Assembly: GCA_965153285.1 (NCBI GenBank)
Contig: OZ229111.1
DNA length: 64,000 nucleotides
Reading direction: 5' to 3' (one strand)
DNA from: Podarcis tiliguerta
Taxonomy: Eukaryota
A program made the position numbers and the translations under genes. The notes beneath the pieces were generated by a model. It had not been told where the DNA came from, did no database searches, and saw only the letters and a list, made by a program, of their open reading frames with translations. The first letter of the stretch is position 1, and the number at the start of each line of letters is the position of its first letter. Below are positions 24,801 to 37,670 of the stretch, piece after piece.

Positions 24801-27322
24801 ATTGAGTGGTGTCCCTTCCTCTGCAAGCATCACTCTAGTACTGATCACAATCTTCCGCCTCCAAAAGGGGCAGGCAGGAGACATGCTGCCAGGCTCTTCA
24901 CTAGCAGAGGAAGAGGAGGGGGCGGTGCTGAGCTGGTCTGGGATCCACTGAACTCTGAGTCGGTCTCACTTGGAGCTGGCTACCCTCTCCATTCCCCACC
25001 CTGAGCAGATGGACCGTGGGTTTTTATTTATTTATTGCATTTATGTCCCACCTTTCCCCTCATCCCAGTTATGTGCCATTAGGACAGCCTCACATTGGCT
25101 CCTCAGTGGTATTTGGAGGCATTTACTTATTTTTAATTATCTCCCTTGGCTCAAATCAAGCCCAGATCCAAGGGGGGAAATGTGTCACTGATGAATGGCC
25201 TGAAACAAGCTGAAATTCTGCACATTTATTTCAGTAATGGTTGTGGGCATCTATAATGTGTCAAAAGAAGAGCATTTTTCTGTTCTCTCCTCTTTCGTGC
25301 ATTTTCTGGTGTGTCCATTAAGGCCAAGGCTGTGTATATTCCATGAATCATTCTGCTTTAGCATTGAAAAGTGCAAAATTAGGTAAGTGAGCACAGAACT
25401 CAGCATCCTGAGGCCACAGCTTTTTAAAAAAGGGGGGCATAAGAGGTAACTTACTGCGTAATATGGCTGGACTGCTGAAAGTGTCTGATTTAAATCTCAG
25501 AAGAATCAGGGAGGGAGACTTAATAGAATTTCCATTCCTAATAGAATTAATTAATAGAATTTCCATTCCTAAGAGCCAGGCTTTGGTGTGCCATGCATTG
25601 CTCTCTGTTCTTCTTCATGGAACAAATAAATTGTTCTAAATAAAATGCATGCAAAGTATGTATCACTTTTGCAGCATATATATGCTATGCAGAATCCAAC
25701 TTTGCTTACTTCAGGATTTAAATGGCATTTTTTCAGCTTGAAGCACACATAGCTAGCCCAACTCAACCACTGTGACTATTTTAGGAAAGAAAGTTTTCTT
25801 GTTGCTAGCCTCTTCTTATATACGGATGCATTTCATCTGGAATTCACATAGCCAAGGAAAGAAGCCCTTGTTCTGGGAGATTTGGCGGTACACCAGTACA
25901 AAGAATAACTAGGATGTTGTTACCACCAGTGACATTGGTTCTACATGGCAATGCTTGTGGATTCAAGGCCCAACAATGCCTCCCTGCCTGTTAACAAGCA
26001 GCCACATGGCACAGCATACAATGTAACACAAAGAATGAAAGCAAATGATTATTTCTTTGTTTGTTTTACTACCATCCTTCACCCTAAAGTGCCAGGGTGG
26101 GGTACAACAATTAAAACACAATGTTAAAAAAATTTACAATCTCAAAGACAAAATGGGTGCTAAAAATATACATCTCAGGTGTCAAAAGCCAGAGCAAAGA
26201 GGGGCATCTTGAGGAGATACTGAAGTGGAGAAGCACAGGAATGCTTTTGTGAATCATTGTCCAATGTGTATGCTGGCCAAACATTGTCATGAAAATTGAG
26301 TGTTTTACACTGCACTGCAGCAGAGAAGACTGCAAACAGGACATCATACAAGCAAATATTCTTTTCCTCTTCTGTTGTGATGCATCTGAAAAGAGAAGAA
26401 GAACTTGTTCCACCTCTGAGAAGCTTCTTACTGGCTAAATGGTGGCAAAAGGTGGTGTATGAGAAATTATTGACTACTGGGATATCCCATGTGACCAACA
26501 AAATAGAATTTTCTCCAGCTGCTAATAATACAAATTTGGAAAATGAACTTTCTCACAGAGTTGGAAGCTAGAAGGTTTTCTGTCCAATCCATGTTGTGCT
26601 TGTTTTGTTTTCAGTCCAGTTCCCGGGGTGATAGCTACAAACTTAGCATGCTAGATCGGCAGACCAAACGACTGTCCACCTGTTGAACTCTGCCTTCCTG
26701 GTGAATCATGGTGCAGATGGCAGCGCCATTTTCAGAGCTATAAACAGTATAATTGTCATAGCTCTTTGAATGGTACTGCCATATGTACCAGAAAAGCAGC
26801 ATTTAGATGTGTAAGGGCTTTGGGTCAACTGAACTGCCTTTGTAAATTACTGTATATGGAATTCTAAAGTGAGCTTGAATGCTATGTTAAGCTTTAGAGG
26901 ATATGCTCCAAGAATGTTCTCACCTGCAATAAATCCAAGTATATGTCAACAAACTGATCATGCAGACAAGACATTGAGCAGCAGCTCAATGACAAAATGA
27001 CTAAAATCAAAACAAATAACCAGCAGGTTGTTTGCTTGAATGAATGGTGTATTTCTACAGTGATGTATGTTTAGCATGCACATGTGCAGGTGTTTAATGG
27101 ATCTCTTTCCAATAAAGCTACAGAGCAAATCTGCTTTTCGGTATGACTTTAAATATTTCCTTCAATATCTGCATGCACTGGTGGACAGAATAGTACCCAT
27201 AATTTGTGCTGTAAATGCAGAAAAATAACACGATGAAAGACTGTAGTAATGAAAAAGGGAATGATACAGAGAACATGGTGAAACAAAGACCACTTTCCCC
27301 TAAGACTCCTCTAACTTGGTGT

Positions 27323-27400
27323 GGAGGGCCTGTTGCTTAGTGCTAATGTGCCTGTTTTACATGAAGATGGTTCCAGGTTCAATTCCTGGCATCTCCAGTT
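27323..27400 (+). mobile_element. tRNA-derived SINE head (Squam3-like), degraded
   Basis: GGGCCTGTTGCTTAGTG...GGTTCCAGGTTCAATTCCTGGCATCTCCAG, similar to the 20963 copy. Confidence 0.55.
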
Positions 27401-27790
27401 TTATGACAATCTGGTTTTAATGGTAGATGCAAAAGACCTGTGCTTTTGACTCTTAAGATCCATTGTTTGTAATAGGCAAATTGAGTTGGAATAAGTTTTC
27501 TTCCTTTCCTCCAACCTGTGACTCCTTGCATTCTGTGCTGTTGGTTGTGACTGGCATGGTTGGCTGTTTGACCTATCATATTGTACATCCGAGAGTATGC
27601 AGAGCAAACTTTTTTCTGCTCCTCTCCAGGTCACTCTCTCTTATTCAGCATCAGGCATAATTCTCTGTTCATCTATCATGTCGCCCTCTTTAGTCACTTG
27701 TATACGCATTACATTTCCTGATCAAATGGGGGAAAAAGATGTTTAAGTAACATACATATAAAACAGACATTTTCTTTATTTATTTGTATA

Positions 27791-27952
27791 CAGTGGTACC
27801 TCTGGTCACGTACTCCGGCTGCGCTGCCGGAGCACGATTCCTGTTCTCATCCTGAATCAAAGTTCTTAACCTGAGGTACTATTTCTGGGTTAGCAGAGTC
27901 TGTAACCTGAAGTGTATGTAACCTAAAGCGTATGTAACCGGAGGTACCACTG
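27791..27952. mobile_element. Tigger/pogo-like MITE, copy 3, internally deleted
   Basis: TA|CAGTGGTACCTC...GAGGTACCACTG|TA; lacks much of the 5' internal region. Confidence 0.88.
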
Positions 27953-29331
27953 TATAAGAGTTTCACATCTCCAGGGGATAAAATGCAGTAGGTGATTTCA
28001 AACCTCCTTTAGTTCTTTATGGCAATTTTGACTCGCCCTTTTCAATTGAGAGCCAATTCTGTTTTTGTGTTTGGCCAGTCTCTTGGGCCTTTTCCTACTA
28101 CTTGTTTTCTTACCTTTTCCATTCTTTTAGTGTGTGATCAAAAATCTTTAGCCCTCTCAAAAATACAAGAGTACAGCAATCTGTGCCAAAGCAGCCATTG
28201 TAGTGCTGACCCTGTTTACGTCAATAATTACCTGAGCATTGCCTCAAGGCATTAATCAAGTGGTGCAGTTTCCAGCTTAATGTCATCCTGCAGCATCTGT
28301 AACAGCTGCAGGCAGATATATGTCAGTTGGCTCTTCTTGCATTTGTTCTGTAATTGACAGTCTGCTCCTGCCAGGCCTAATTATGATCAAGCCTGTTTTA
28401 CTGTGAGTTCTCTACAAGAAAAGGCTTCACCTAGACTAATTTTAACTATTAAGATGGATACATTGGTGAGGATGTTGTACCTAAAATGTAGCGATTATCA
28501 TCTAATGCTGTGGTAGTCCGTTGTTGGTAGTGTGCACTTAACATTCGCCAAAGTGTCAGAGATAGCAGTGAGGTGGTCTAATGTCAATGAAGTTACACCA
28601 TATTTTCACCAGTACAAATTGATCTAGAATGTGTTTCCTCTGACACAGATAGAAGCTCTTGCACAGAATGTGTGTTTTATCTTACCCCTGCAATGAGGGA
28701 GTATTTATTATTAGATTATTAGCTTGACTCGCCATGCTTGTTCTGTATACACACATCTCAAATTTGTGCTCTTTGAGAATAGCCTGTTTGGGTAAATCTG
28801 GCTTATGTGCATTGGGTTTTGTTTCTGTTTTACTCTCAAGTCATTAGCTTCAATAAAATTAGTGAACATGGTCATTTTTACAGAATAAGAAGAGTAATAA
28901 ATTGGTCGTTCTTGTAGGATTCAATAGTGATGGTTTCATGAATGTGTGAGGATGAAGTCCTTACAACATGGATGCAATTTGTATGTATGTCTTATGTTAG
29001 TGGGTGGAATCCACTGAGATGAAAGTTCCATCAGTGCAAGGATTTCTGCTAGCACAATGGAATATTCTCTCCCCCCCCCCCTTTCCTTGTGAACCCCTAG
29101 ATCTGCTCTAGATTTTCCCTCAACCATCTGCAGCAGGTTTGAGAGTGGATGGTATGGAGGGCATGGGAGGGAAGTCTTGTTGTACAAACAGAATTTATTG
29201 TGCTGATGGGAATCATTAGAGAATACATACCTGGACCCGCATGTCATTGGCTGTGTTCACGCAGCACTTCATTCCATTTCTCTGATGTTACCCTAACTGT
29301 GATTTCAACATTATATTTACAGTTTCACATA

Positions 29332-29578
29332 CAGTGGTATCTCAGGTTAAGAACTTAATTCATTCTGGAGGTCCATTCTTAAACTGAAACTGTTCTTAAC
29401 CTGAGGCACCACTTTAGCTAATGGGGCCTTTTGCTGCTGCTGCATGATTTCTGTTCTCATCCTGAAGCAAAGTTCTTGACCTGAGGTACTATTTCTGGGT
29501 TAGCAGAGTCTGTAACCTGAAGCATCTGTAACCTGAAGCGTCTGTGACCAGAAGCGTCTATAACCTGAGGTACCACTG
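29332..29578. mobile_element. Tigger/pogo-like MITE, copy 4
   Basis: TA|CAGTGGTATCTCAGGTTA...TAACCTGAGGTACCACTG|TA. Confidence 0.9.
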
Positions 29579-29741
29579 TAATGCAAAAGCCACTTTAATA
29601 AAACCGATGGAATGTGGTGCATTTTAAGTGTTCATTTCCATGTTATTTGATTCCAGGGGAGGGGGGATGCTGCCACCTTAACTCAGAAAACCAAGTGGGG
29701 TTTTCTGTTGTTTTTATACAGGAATCAAAGGGGAAACAGAA

Positions 29742-29903
29742 GCAGCCTGCATAGCTCAGTTGGTTATAGTGTGGTGCTGATAACGCCAAGGTTGCAGGTT
29801 TAATCTCCATATGGGACAGCTGCATATTGCTACACTGCAAGGGGTGGGACTAGATAATCTAACCTGAGGGTCTCTTCCAACTCTACAGTTCTATGATTCT
29901 ATG
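29742..29903 (+). mobile_element. tRNA-derived SINE with CR1-like tail (Squam2-like)
   Basis: TAGCTCAGTTGGTTA-AG-GTGGTGCTGATAACGCCAAGGTTGCAGGTT tRNA-Ile-like head; CTTCCAACTCTAC...TTCTATGATTCTATG CR1-type 3' terminus. Confidence 0.8.
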
Positions 29904-30723
29904 TGTGGAAAGGGTAGGAGAGCGATGATGTTGTCCAGTATTGATTGTTGTGTCACAGCATTCCCACTGATGTGAATGAAATTTAGTGTGACATGTCAGT
30001 ATACCTGTCAAAAATCCACAATTCCATAACACAAGCGCTGCAATGTGAAGGGAACACTGGAAAATGAGGCAGAAGTGCCAGTGTCACAGTGAGAAAACTA
30101 AAGCCATATTCCCCACATCTTAATGCATCTGTATCTGTATAAATATTTTTTGTATGAAGGACAATTAATTATTATTAATTACTTGAAACTGACAGGAGGG
30201 CAGAGGTTCCTATCATGTCCTTCTGTATACCCTGCAGGCCAATTAACCCCTTTAGCTACTGGATTAAAATACTGTGAAAAGTGCTGATCCTAAGGATAGC
30301 ACAATGTGTTACTACAATTAAATGAAGAAAATGACTGAGATCAAGAAACTGCCTGAAGCACTTAATTGGAACTAATTAGGCGAAGTGATTTACAACAGAG
30401 GATGGAAGTGAGCAGTGCAGATGGCTCTCATTGGCTCAAAGATACAGCTGTGACAAACTGATTCATAAAGATGCATATCTGGAACAGTCTGTTCAGTAAC
30501 ACACACATTCTCTCCCTCAAGTTCTCTGAATAAATTTTCATGAAAATATCCAAATTAGAGGCTGTTAACTTTCTCAGCATGAAAGTTGCCAATGAAATGA
30601 TGGATTGGGCGGGGGAGGGGCTGGTCTGAAATTAAGAGGAATTCACAGTTGTACTTCAATACCATGTTGGTTAAAAGCACAATAAAATATGGAGCGAGGG
30701 AAGCATAAGGTATATTTATATAA

Positions 30724-30968
30724 GGCAGGGGAAAGTGTAGCCACTTTGGTGATTACCACTGGCCATGCTGGTTGGAACTGATGGCAGTAGGAGTCCTACA
30801 CCTGCAGAGCCACAGGTTTCCCAGCCCTGATGTGAGACATGTGCATACTCAGCATGGTTTAAACCAGGTTTCCTGAACTTGGTGCCTTCCAGATGTTTTG
30901 GACTACAAGTCCCATCAGACCCAACCAACATGGTCAGGGATGATGGGAGCTGTAGTACAGCAACCACT
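30724..30968. mobile_element. Two adjacent degraded hAT-type MITE copies (about 30724-30829 and 30865-30968)
   Basis: CCTTCCAGATGTTTTGGACTACAAGTCCCATCA...GGGATGATGGGAGCTGTAGT core of the 34184 family. Confidence 0.65.
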
Positions 30969-32591
30969 GAAAAATATATCTCATGGCCATAATTTTCCTT
31001 TTAACTGCCAAAGGCCATGCAAAATGAATTTTGCAACCTCTTTCACATTCCTTTGTGGTACTTGTTTCTGAGTTCACTTGGGAGCCATTCCCAAATGTTT
31101 GAGAATTATTTTGCTCATCACAAAGAGGGAGTATGGAGCAGGCCTTGATCTGATGACAATAGTCAGTGTATGCTACGGTAGTATTGTAAGGAGCTAGCAG
31201 ATAGTTAATGAAGCTTTATATCACTTGTGAAGTCATTGGCGTGTTATATTGTGGCAGACCATATTATATCTGGGCTCAAAGGAAGTTCGCTGATTGGAGG
31301 AACTTTCAGAGTCACACAGGGCGCTACTGAAATTTGAGATCCCAAGGTCCGCCACTCATCAGGTCTGCCTAATTGTTTGTTGGTCTCCCTAATTGTTATC
31401 TTACATGCAGTTCTAGAGAAAAATACAACATGACTCAAGTATCCCAGAGCAGACATCGAAGGAGAGAGAGAAAGAGAGAGAAAACCTCACTTCATTTCTG
31501 CATTAGAATTCTAGAGGCTTCAGAGACATAGCTTTGTTATATATATATTTTATCTCTCTAGAGGGTCTTCTGCAGTTCAGTGAAAGTACTCGTTAGTTGC
31601 TGTCTGATGCACTTTTGCCTGCATGGAAGCTAATTTTGTCTAGGAAATTGTTCTCATGTACATGCCAGCTCTTTGCTGCTGTGTTTAATCATCAACTACA
31701 CCGAGAAAGCTTTGGTGACAGTAAATGTTGTGTGAAGTACCTAAGGGGTATTTATTCTAAAAGCATTGACTACTGAACCTTGGAAAACTTCTACCTCATA
31801 CAAAAAAAGATGCAGTGAACTGAAGGCAGCCTGGTGTGCAGCAATGTCACACCATCAGAGACGCTGTCACACTGTCAGAGAGCACACCTGTTAAATGCAG
31901 TGTGCACGGTGCACAACATATCAGGCTTCACCATACAAGCCCCTCTGAGCATGCTGTTTTGCCAGGCAAATACTCTGCCTGCTTTTGAAGAAATTGTATT
32001 GTACTGATGTTTACTATAGGTTTCATGTAAAGAACATCATGGGAATTTAGCAACACTTTGGTTTATTCTATCTTTCTGCTCTTTTCACATTTAATGCACA
32101 GGCACAGTTTCCTTTCAAAGGCAAGAAGTATTGGATGTAGCTTGCCCTTCTGCTATGAGAAGATGGCATTTAGACAAGGTCATGCTGATATTGACCTTGG
32201 AGATATTGTACATCCCCAAGGGACAAAATGGGCCAGATTCAACTAACTTGTCCCACTAGCAGAAGCCCATGTAAGGACTTGCACTGGGGCTTTCCGCCTC
32301 CCCAAAATCCACTCTGAAGTGTCAGGAGAACCCCCAGAACTGCACATGAGAAGAGCAGAGGGGAGATTGTACCAGCAAGCAATCAGAAATGCTTTTGTTG
32401 GTGGAATGTTTGCAGCATCACAACATTCAGTTCTTCCCAGTATTTCAATGTATTCTGGAGTACAGGTGAGTAGAAGTTAAATTGGGTTCTGCTGGCAGGT
32501 TGCTGTATGATTTGTAGAAGAGCGACTGTGCTCTCTGAGCCACTGTTTTGCACTTGGCTCTTCCCACTTCCCTGGCCCCAAGATACATATG

Positions 32592-32846
32592 CAGTCGTAC
32601 CTTGGAAGTTGAACGGAATCCATTCTGGAAATCCATTCGACTTCCAAAACGTTTGGAAGCCAAAGCACGGCTTCTGATTGGCTGCAGGAAGCTCCTGCAG
32701 CCAATCAGAAGCCGCAGAAGCTCCATCAGATGTTTGTGTTCCAAAGAACATTCACAAACAGGAACCCTCACTTCTGGGTTTGCGGCGTTTGGAAGCCAAA
32801 ACGTCCGAGTACCAAGGCTTTTGGGATCCAAGGTATGACACCTCTG
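32592..32846. mobile_element. Tigger-like MITE, second family, with internal palindrome
   Basis: CAGTCGTACCTTGG...CCAAGGTATGAC terminal inverted repeats; internal 22-bp-arm inverted repeat at 32668-32714. Confidence 0.8.
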
Positions 32847-34183
32847 TATACTTAGGCAGTGATTGCTCTTGATAATTAGATACCTAATGTGGATGAATAT
32901 ATGTGCAATGATTGTACTGAGAGTGAATATCTAGGCAAGGAAATTGAAACACTGCTCCTGACCACTGGGATTCCTGCTCTTCCTTCTTTTCCAGTCATGT
33001 TTTTGTCCCACTTTCAATCCAAGGAACTTAAAATGGGCTACCTGTATTGATCCTGTTCTGTCTTAGTGATGACCCTGTTTGGTAGTTTAGGCTAAGAGAT
33101 GTACTGCTTGCTGTCATGTAGTGCTAAGGACTTAGTCCTTATGAGCAAACATTCAGTCTCCTGGAAAGATCACAGGTACTTTGCTCCTCCCCTGCTGTTT
33201 TGCTGCTGAGCTAGAATAAGCCATGGCTTGGCTTAGCATGTCGTCCAACTCTGTTTTAAAAGAAAATAAGTTAAACTGAGGCAGCTGACTTACTGATTAT
33301 TTTTTTCTTTATATAAGTATTATGATTATTCATAAGCACAACAGTAAAAAAAACAAATAGAGGAGGGCCTGCCATCGAGGAGCTTATAGCCTAAAATAAA
33401 AGGATGAAAAATATTGCATTAATACAGATAGTGGTCAGACTGACTTTAAGAGCCCCAGTTACACAGTAGCTTATGCCATATTTCCAGCTGATCCACAGGT
33501 TACTACTTCATGGTTTCTTATTGGAATTAAATGAGAATTTGCTTAAAACTGCAGCAATTAATCATGGTATGGTCTTGAATAATGTTTTTAAATGCTTTTA
33601 AATTTTGAGAAATTTCTCTCTTCTTTTTTTGTCTGGCTGGGTTGATACTTTAAGTATGCACATCTGATGGCTTAAATAAATGATCAAACATAATAAAAGC
33701 CTTTGATTTTGACATTTGAACTGCCCCTTGATAGTAAAAATATTCAGGAGTATATGATTAAATTGGCTCAAGCCATTGGAAACTCTTGTTTATCATTATG
33801 GCAGACTGTTCTATTGATGGCTATGAAGATTTTATGATTACATACAGTTATTATCTCACAAAGCTAAGTGCTATGGCATGGAAAAGACCCTCCAGAGATA
33901 TCTACAGAACAAGGGATTAATGTGCAATTCTAAACCATTTGAAGATGGAACAGTAAGGCAGCCACAGAGATAATAAAGTTTAAATTGCTCATGTAAATCT
34001 TTGAATGTTGGAATTTAATCACATCAAAGATCAAATGAATTGGCTAATAGCTCCCCTGATAGGAACAGAAGGCCCAAATGATTTACTGTTTTTCAAGATG
34101 GCTGATCACAATAATAATTCATTGGTTCTTTTTTCTTAGCTGTTAACAAAAGATGACTTTGCATTTGAAACAATAGTTTATTA

Positions 34184-34319
34184 CAGGCATAGGCAAACTT
34201 CGGCCCTCCAGATGTTTGGGACTACAATTCCCATCATCCCTGACCACTGGTCCTGTTAGCTAGGGATGATGGGAATTGTAGTCCCAAACATCTGGAGGGC
34301 CGGAGTTTGCCTATGCCTG
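34184..34319. mobile_element. Intact hAT-type MITE (136 bp, palindromic)
   Basis: CAGGCATAGGCAAACT...AGTTTGCCTATGCCTG termini; perfect 8-bp TSD GTTTATTA at 34176-34183 and 34320-34327. Confidence 0.93.
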
Positions 34320-36719
34320 GTTTATTAGGTAGGTAGCATTAAGAAATAAACAGGTCCACTGTGGGGCATTTGTCAAATGTCACAAGAGGTTAACACCCAA
34401 CTGTGTGATGCTAGTAGTGCTTGAGAACGAAATGAACTCTGCTGTTCTGAGGGCCCCTAAATGTGGGGAAGCAGAGCTACACATATAAATAAATAAGTGT
34501 GCATCACCTGTCCTTTCCTTTAGACTTTTCTTTGCCCATGAAAATCAAATTCAAGTAATAGCTGCAGTATCTCACAGTGCTTTATTAATGGCTTTTCCTT
34601 CCTATTATGCAACAAAATGGTGAGATCTCTATGTCACACATGGATCCCTAACACAGGAGATTCATTTAGGAGATTCTTTATTCCTTCCATTTCCAAACTG
34701 AGCTTTTCAACTGCCAATTGAGGGACTTGCAATCTGAGTTTGATTCTCATGCCTGGTGGAAAATGCTTTATAACTAAAGGAAAAGGTGAAAAATATCAAA
34801 ACTAGGATTGCTGCCATGATGGGAAGAAACCCAAATATTAGTTTAAAGGTCACATATATTCCAGCACATGCTGAGTCCTGACATATTCCAATAAATCTTA
34901 TGTTGAGACTTTGAAAAGATCAGCAAAGATTAGTTTTAGTGAAGTATTTAGATGAATGTACAATGCAGTGAAGCAACAAGGGGGTGTCAGGGATGGAATT
35001 ATTCATTATCTGGGAGGATGGAAAAATCACCACACGAAGAAACTGGCATGTCCAAAAAGGCTTCATTTCAGCATAGGCCACGTTCCCATTTATTTCTTAT
35101 TTTCAAAAGGTTATAAACACGACATAAGATTTAGACTGAGCATCCCATTCTCCACATCCCCACCCTGAAAATATGTTTTGCTGTTCAGAAGAACTGTATG
35201 TTATAATCACACTTCAAGTGGTACAAATTGTACCTCCTACATGATCTTTCTCTGCATATTTATTTATTTATTCCATTCCATTATATTATATTTGTTAGTC
35301 GCTTATCTCTCCCAAAGCAACTTACATCAAAAGCAATTAAAAACAGCCAAGTAAGAAACCCAAAAACAAAGCTGTACAAGTAAAAGACAGGGCTAATATA
35401 AACATGGCCCAGTAAAAGAGGACTCATTGCTGCCCTTCAAAAATTAAGAGAAAAGTCTTTGCTTCTATAGCTGGGTGGCTCTATCTAGTTTTCTCAACAA
35501 GCACAATGAACGTGTTCCTTTAAATTACTTAGAATTCCAGTCTCTCAAACAAAAGAGCCCCACAACAAATTAAGTGACATGTCTTCTACAGGCACTTTCT
35601 GAAACGTTTCAAGGCTTTCCCTGTGTGAATGCTCCTAAAAGCAGTTGGAATGTGTTTGTCCCACAATAGCTTACCGTGCTGTAAAAATGAAACCAATTGA
35701 ATCTAAGATTCTGTATTTCATCTTCAAAGTTCTTAGATTTGGGGCAGTGGAGAAGATTTGAAAACTTGTCTATGATCCTTGAAGAGGCAGAAAGTTGAAA
35801 GGAATCTCTGAAATGGTAAACTTATGAGTGCAAGGTGTTTTTATTATTATTAAAGGAAACTGTTGAGGCTGGATTCAGCTAACTAGTTCCACTAGCAGAT
35901 GTGCATGTAAGGAATTCCAGTAGCGTAGTGGGACTCCCCCCCCATCCTCACCCTCATGCATGCCTGCCCCCCTCAGATTGGCTTGGGGGACCAGGAGAAC
36001 CTCCAGAACACCTTGTGGAGGGAGGAGAGATGATTCAGCCATGCATGCAGAAATCCTTGCACTCACAGAACAATCACCTTAGCACTACATTGGATTTGTT
36101 CCTCTGTGATTTCAGGAAATGTACGGTAGTTTCCTGTTTATTACCTGAGAGCTTCTCTCAAAAATTAAAGCTAGCAGCTATTTTGACACAATGTTATTCT
36201 TGTAGTTTGGGGTATGCTTTTTTACACATACATCTTTGAAAACTTGAAATGGTTGTATGGTTCATTTTAAATTTCCTGGTTTTTAAATGGAAGTCTGTGT
36301 TATCAACTCCTAAAATTACACATTAGAGTTTATGGGGGCTATTATGGGGGCTACATCAGCTGTGACTTACGATTTCATCAGACCCGGCTGTTGTTATCTT
36401 CCCAAGTGAAGTTCTTATTACTAAAAAGAAAAAAAGGAGAAAATCAAGGCTACAGGAATCCATGCCCTGGGAACATCTCACTAGACTACTGCAATGTATT
36501 TGGTGTGGAACGAACTTTGAAAATTATCCAGAAACTACAACTGGTGCAAAATGCAACTGGCTGAAGCATCACAGACCATAGTTTGCCAGATCTTCAAGAA
36601 CCCATGCTGGATGCCAGTTTGTTTTGGGGCACAATTCAGAATGTTGTTTGGGACTAGAGTGCCTGAATAATAGCTGTCTCCCATTTGAAATCTACTGATG
36701 GTTAAAACCACAGTAGTGT

Positions 36720-36925
36720 CCGCCCTGTTGAATGCCCTCCCACCAGATGTCAAAGAAATAAACAACTATCTGACTTTTAGAAGACATCTGAAGGCAGCCC
36801 TGTTTAGGGAAGCTTTTCATATTTGACAAATTATTGTGTTTTAATATTTTACTGGAAGCCGCCCAGAGTGGCTGAGGAAACCCAGACAGATGGGTTGGGT
36901 AGAAATAATAATAATAATTATTAGT
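36720..36925 (+). mobile_element. 3' end of L2-type LINE with (TAA)n tail
   Basis: AATGCCCTCCC...TTTAGAAGACATCTGAAGGCAGCCCTGTTT (NALP...FRRHLKAALF, a typical L2 ORF2 end) followed by the AAGCCGCCCAGAGTGGCTG terminal motif. Confidence 0.8.
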
Positions 36926-37638
36926 TATTATCTTCAGAGCCATGCTCAAAATGCCGTCACTATGTGAAATAAAGCAAGTGGCAGCGTGGATCAAAGTGCC
37001 TCATCCCCTAAAAAAAACTCCTCCCTCTGCTCATTTGCTAGATCCTATCCCTTCTATCTTATAGAAAGCTTAAAGTTACTAAAAGTTACAACATAACTTG
37101 ACCACAAACTGAGTTGTGTGACTTAAAGAAATTGTCTAAGCTATTGTGTAGCAGTTTTCCATCAAACAAACTTTTTGTTTCATAGGTTGTTGTAATTGCA
37201 GCTCAGCAAATTGCAGAATGGTCCATAATGGAAGTCCCAAGTCTGTATTGGGATTCCTCATTCTCAGGAAACCCTTCAGATGCTACCAGATTTGCAAAGT
37301 ATATGATTCATTTGGTAGCTATCCAAGTGTAGCTTGGAATAAATGCTTAATACATCTTCTGCGTGAAAGGATGCTATACAAACCTATCCTCTAGTACTTT
37401 TTTAAAAATCCACCTAGCATTATATCAGTCTCAGGCACTTTTGGAATGTGTGAGCATCTTGATTGTGAATGCAACCATGGCAACTGGGTTTTAAAAAGAT
37501 TAGCTGGGTATCTGGCTGCTCCTTATTGTGTTCATTGGAGGGGAGACTTATTTTCGTTTAAAATGCTTATATGTATTAACAATATAGCCCTTAGGTTAAA
37601 GTCTAAGTTGCTCAAAGCCATTGCCCAAAAGCTTAGTA

Positions 37639-37669
<31 letters not shown>
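37639..37669. repeat. (AAT)n microsatellite
   Basis: About 10 perfect units. Confidence 0.95.

Positions 37670-37670
<1 letters not shown>

Noticed and set aside
29505-29570. Short regularly spaced direct repeats that superficially suggest a CRISPR array
   Set aside because: Tandem 16-bp subterminal units of a MITE with no unique spacers, in eukaryotic DNA.
29742-29815. tRNA-Ile-like sequence (also tRNA-like heads at 20963, 27323 and 55695)
   Set aside because: Degenerate stems that continue into SINE bodies; not tRNA genes.
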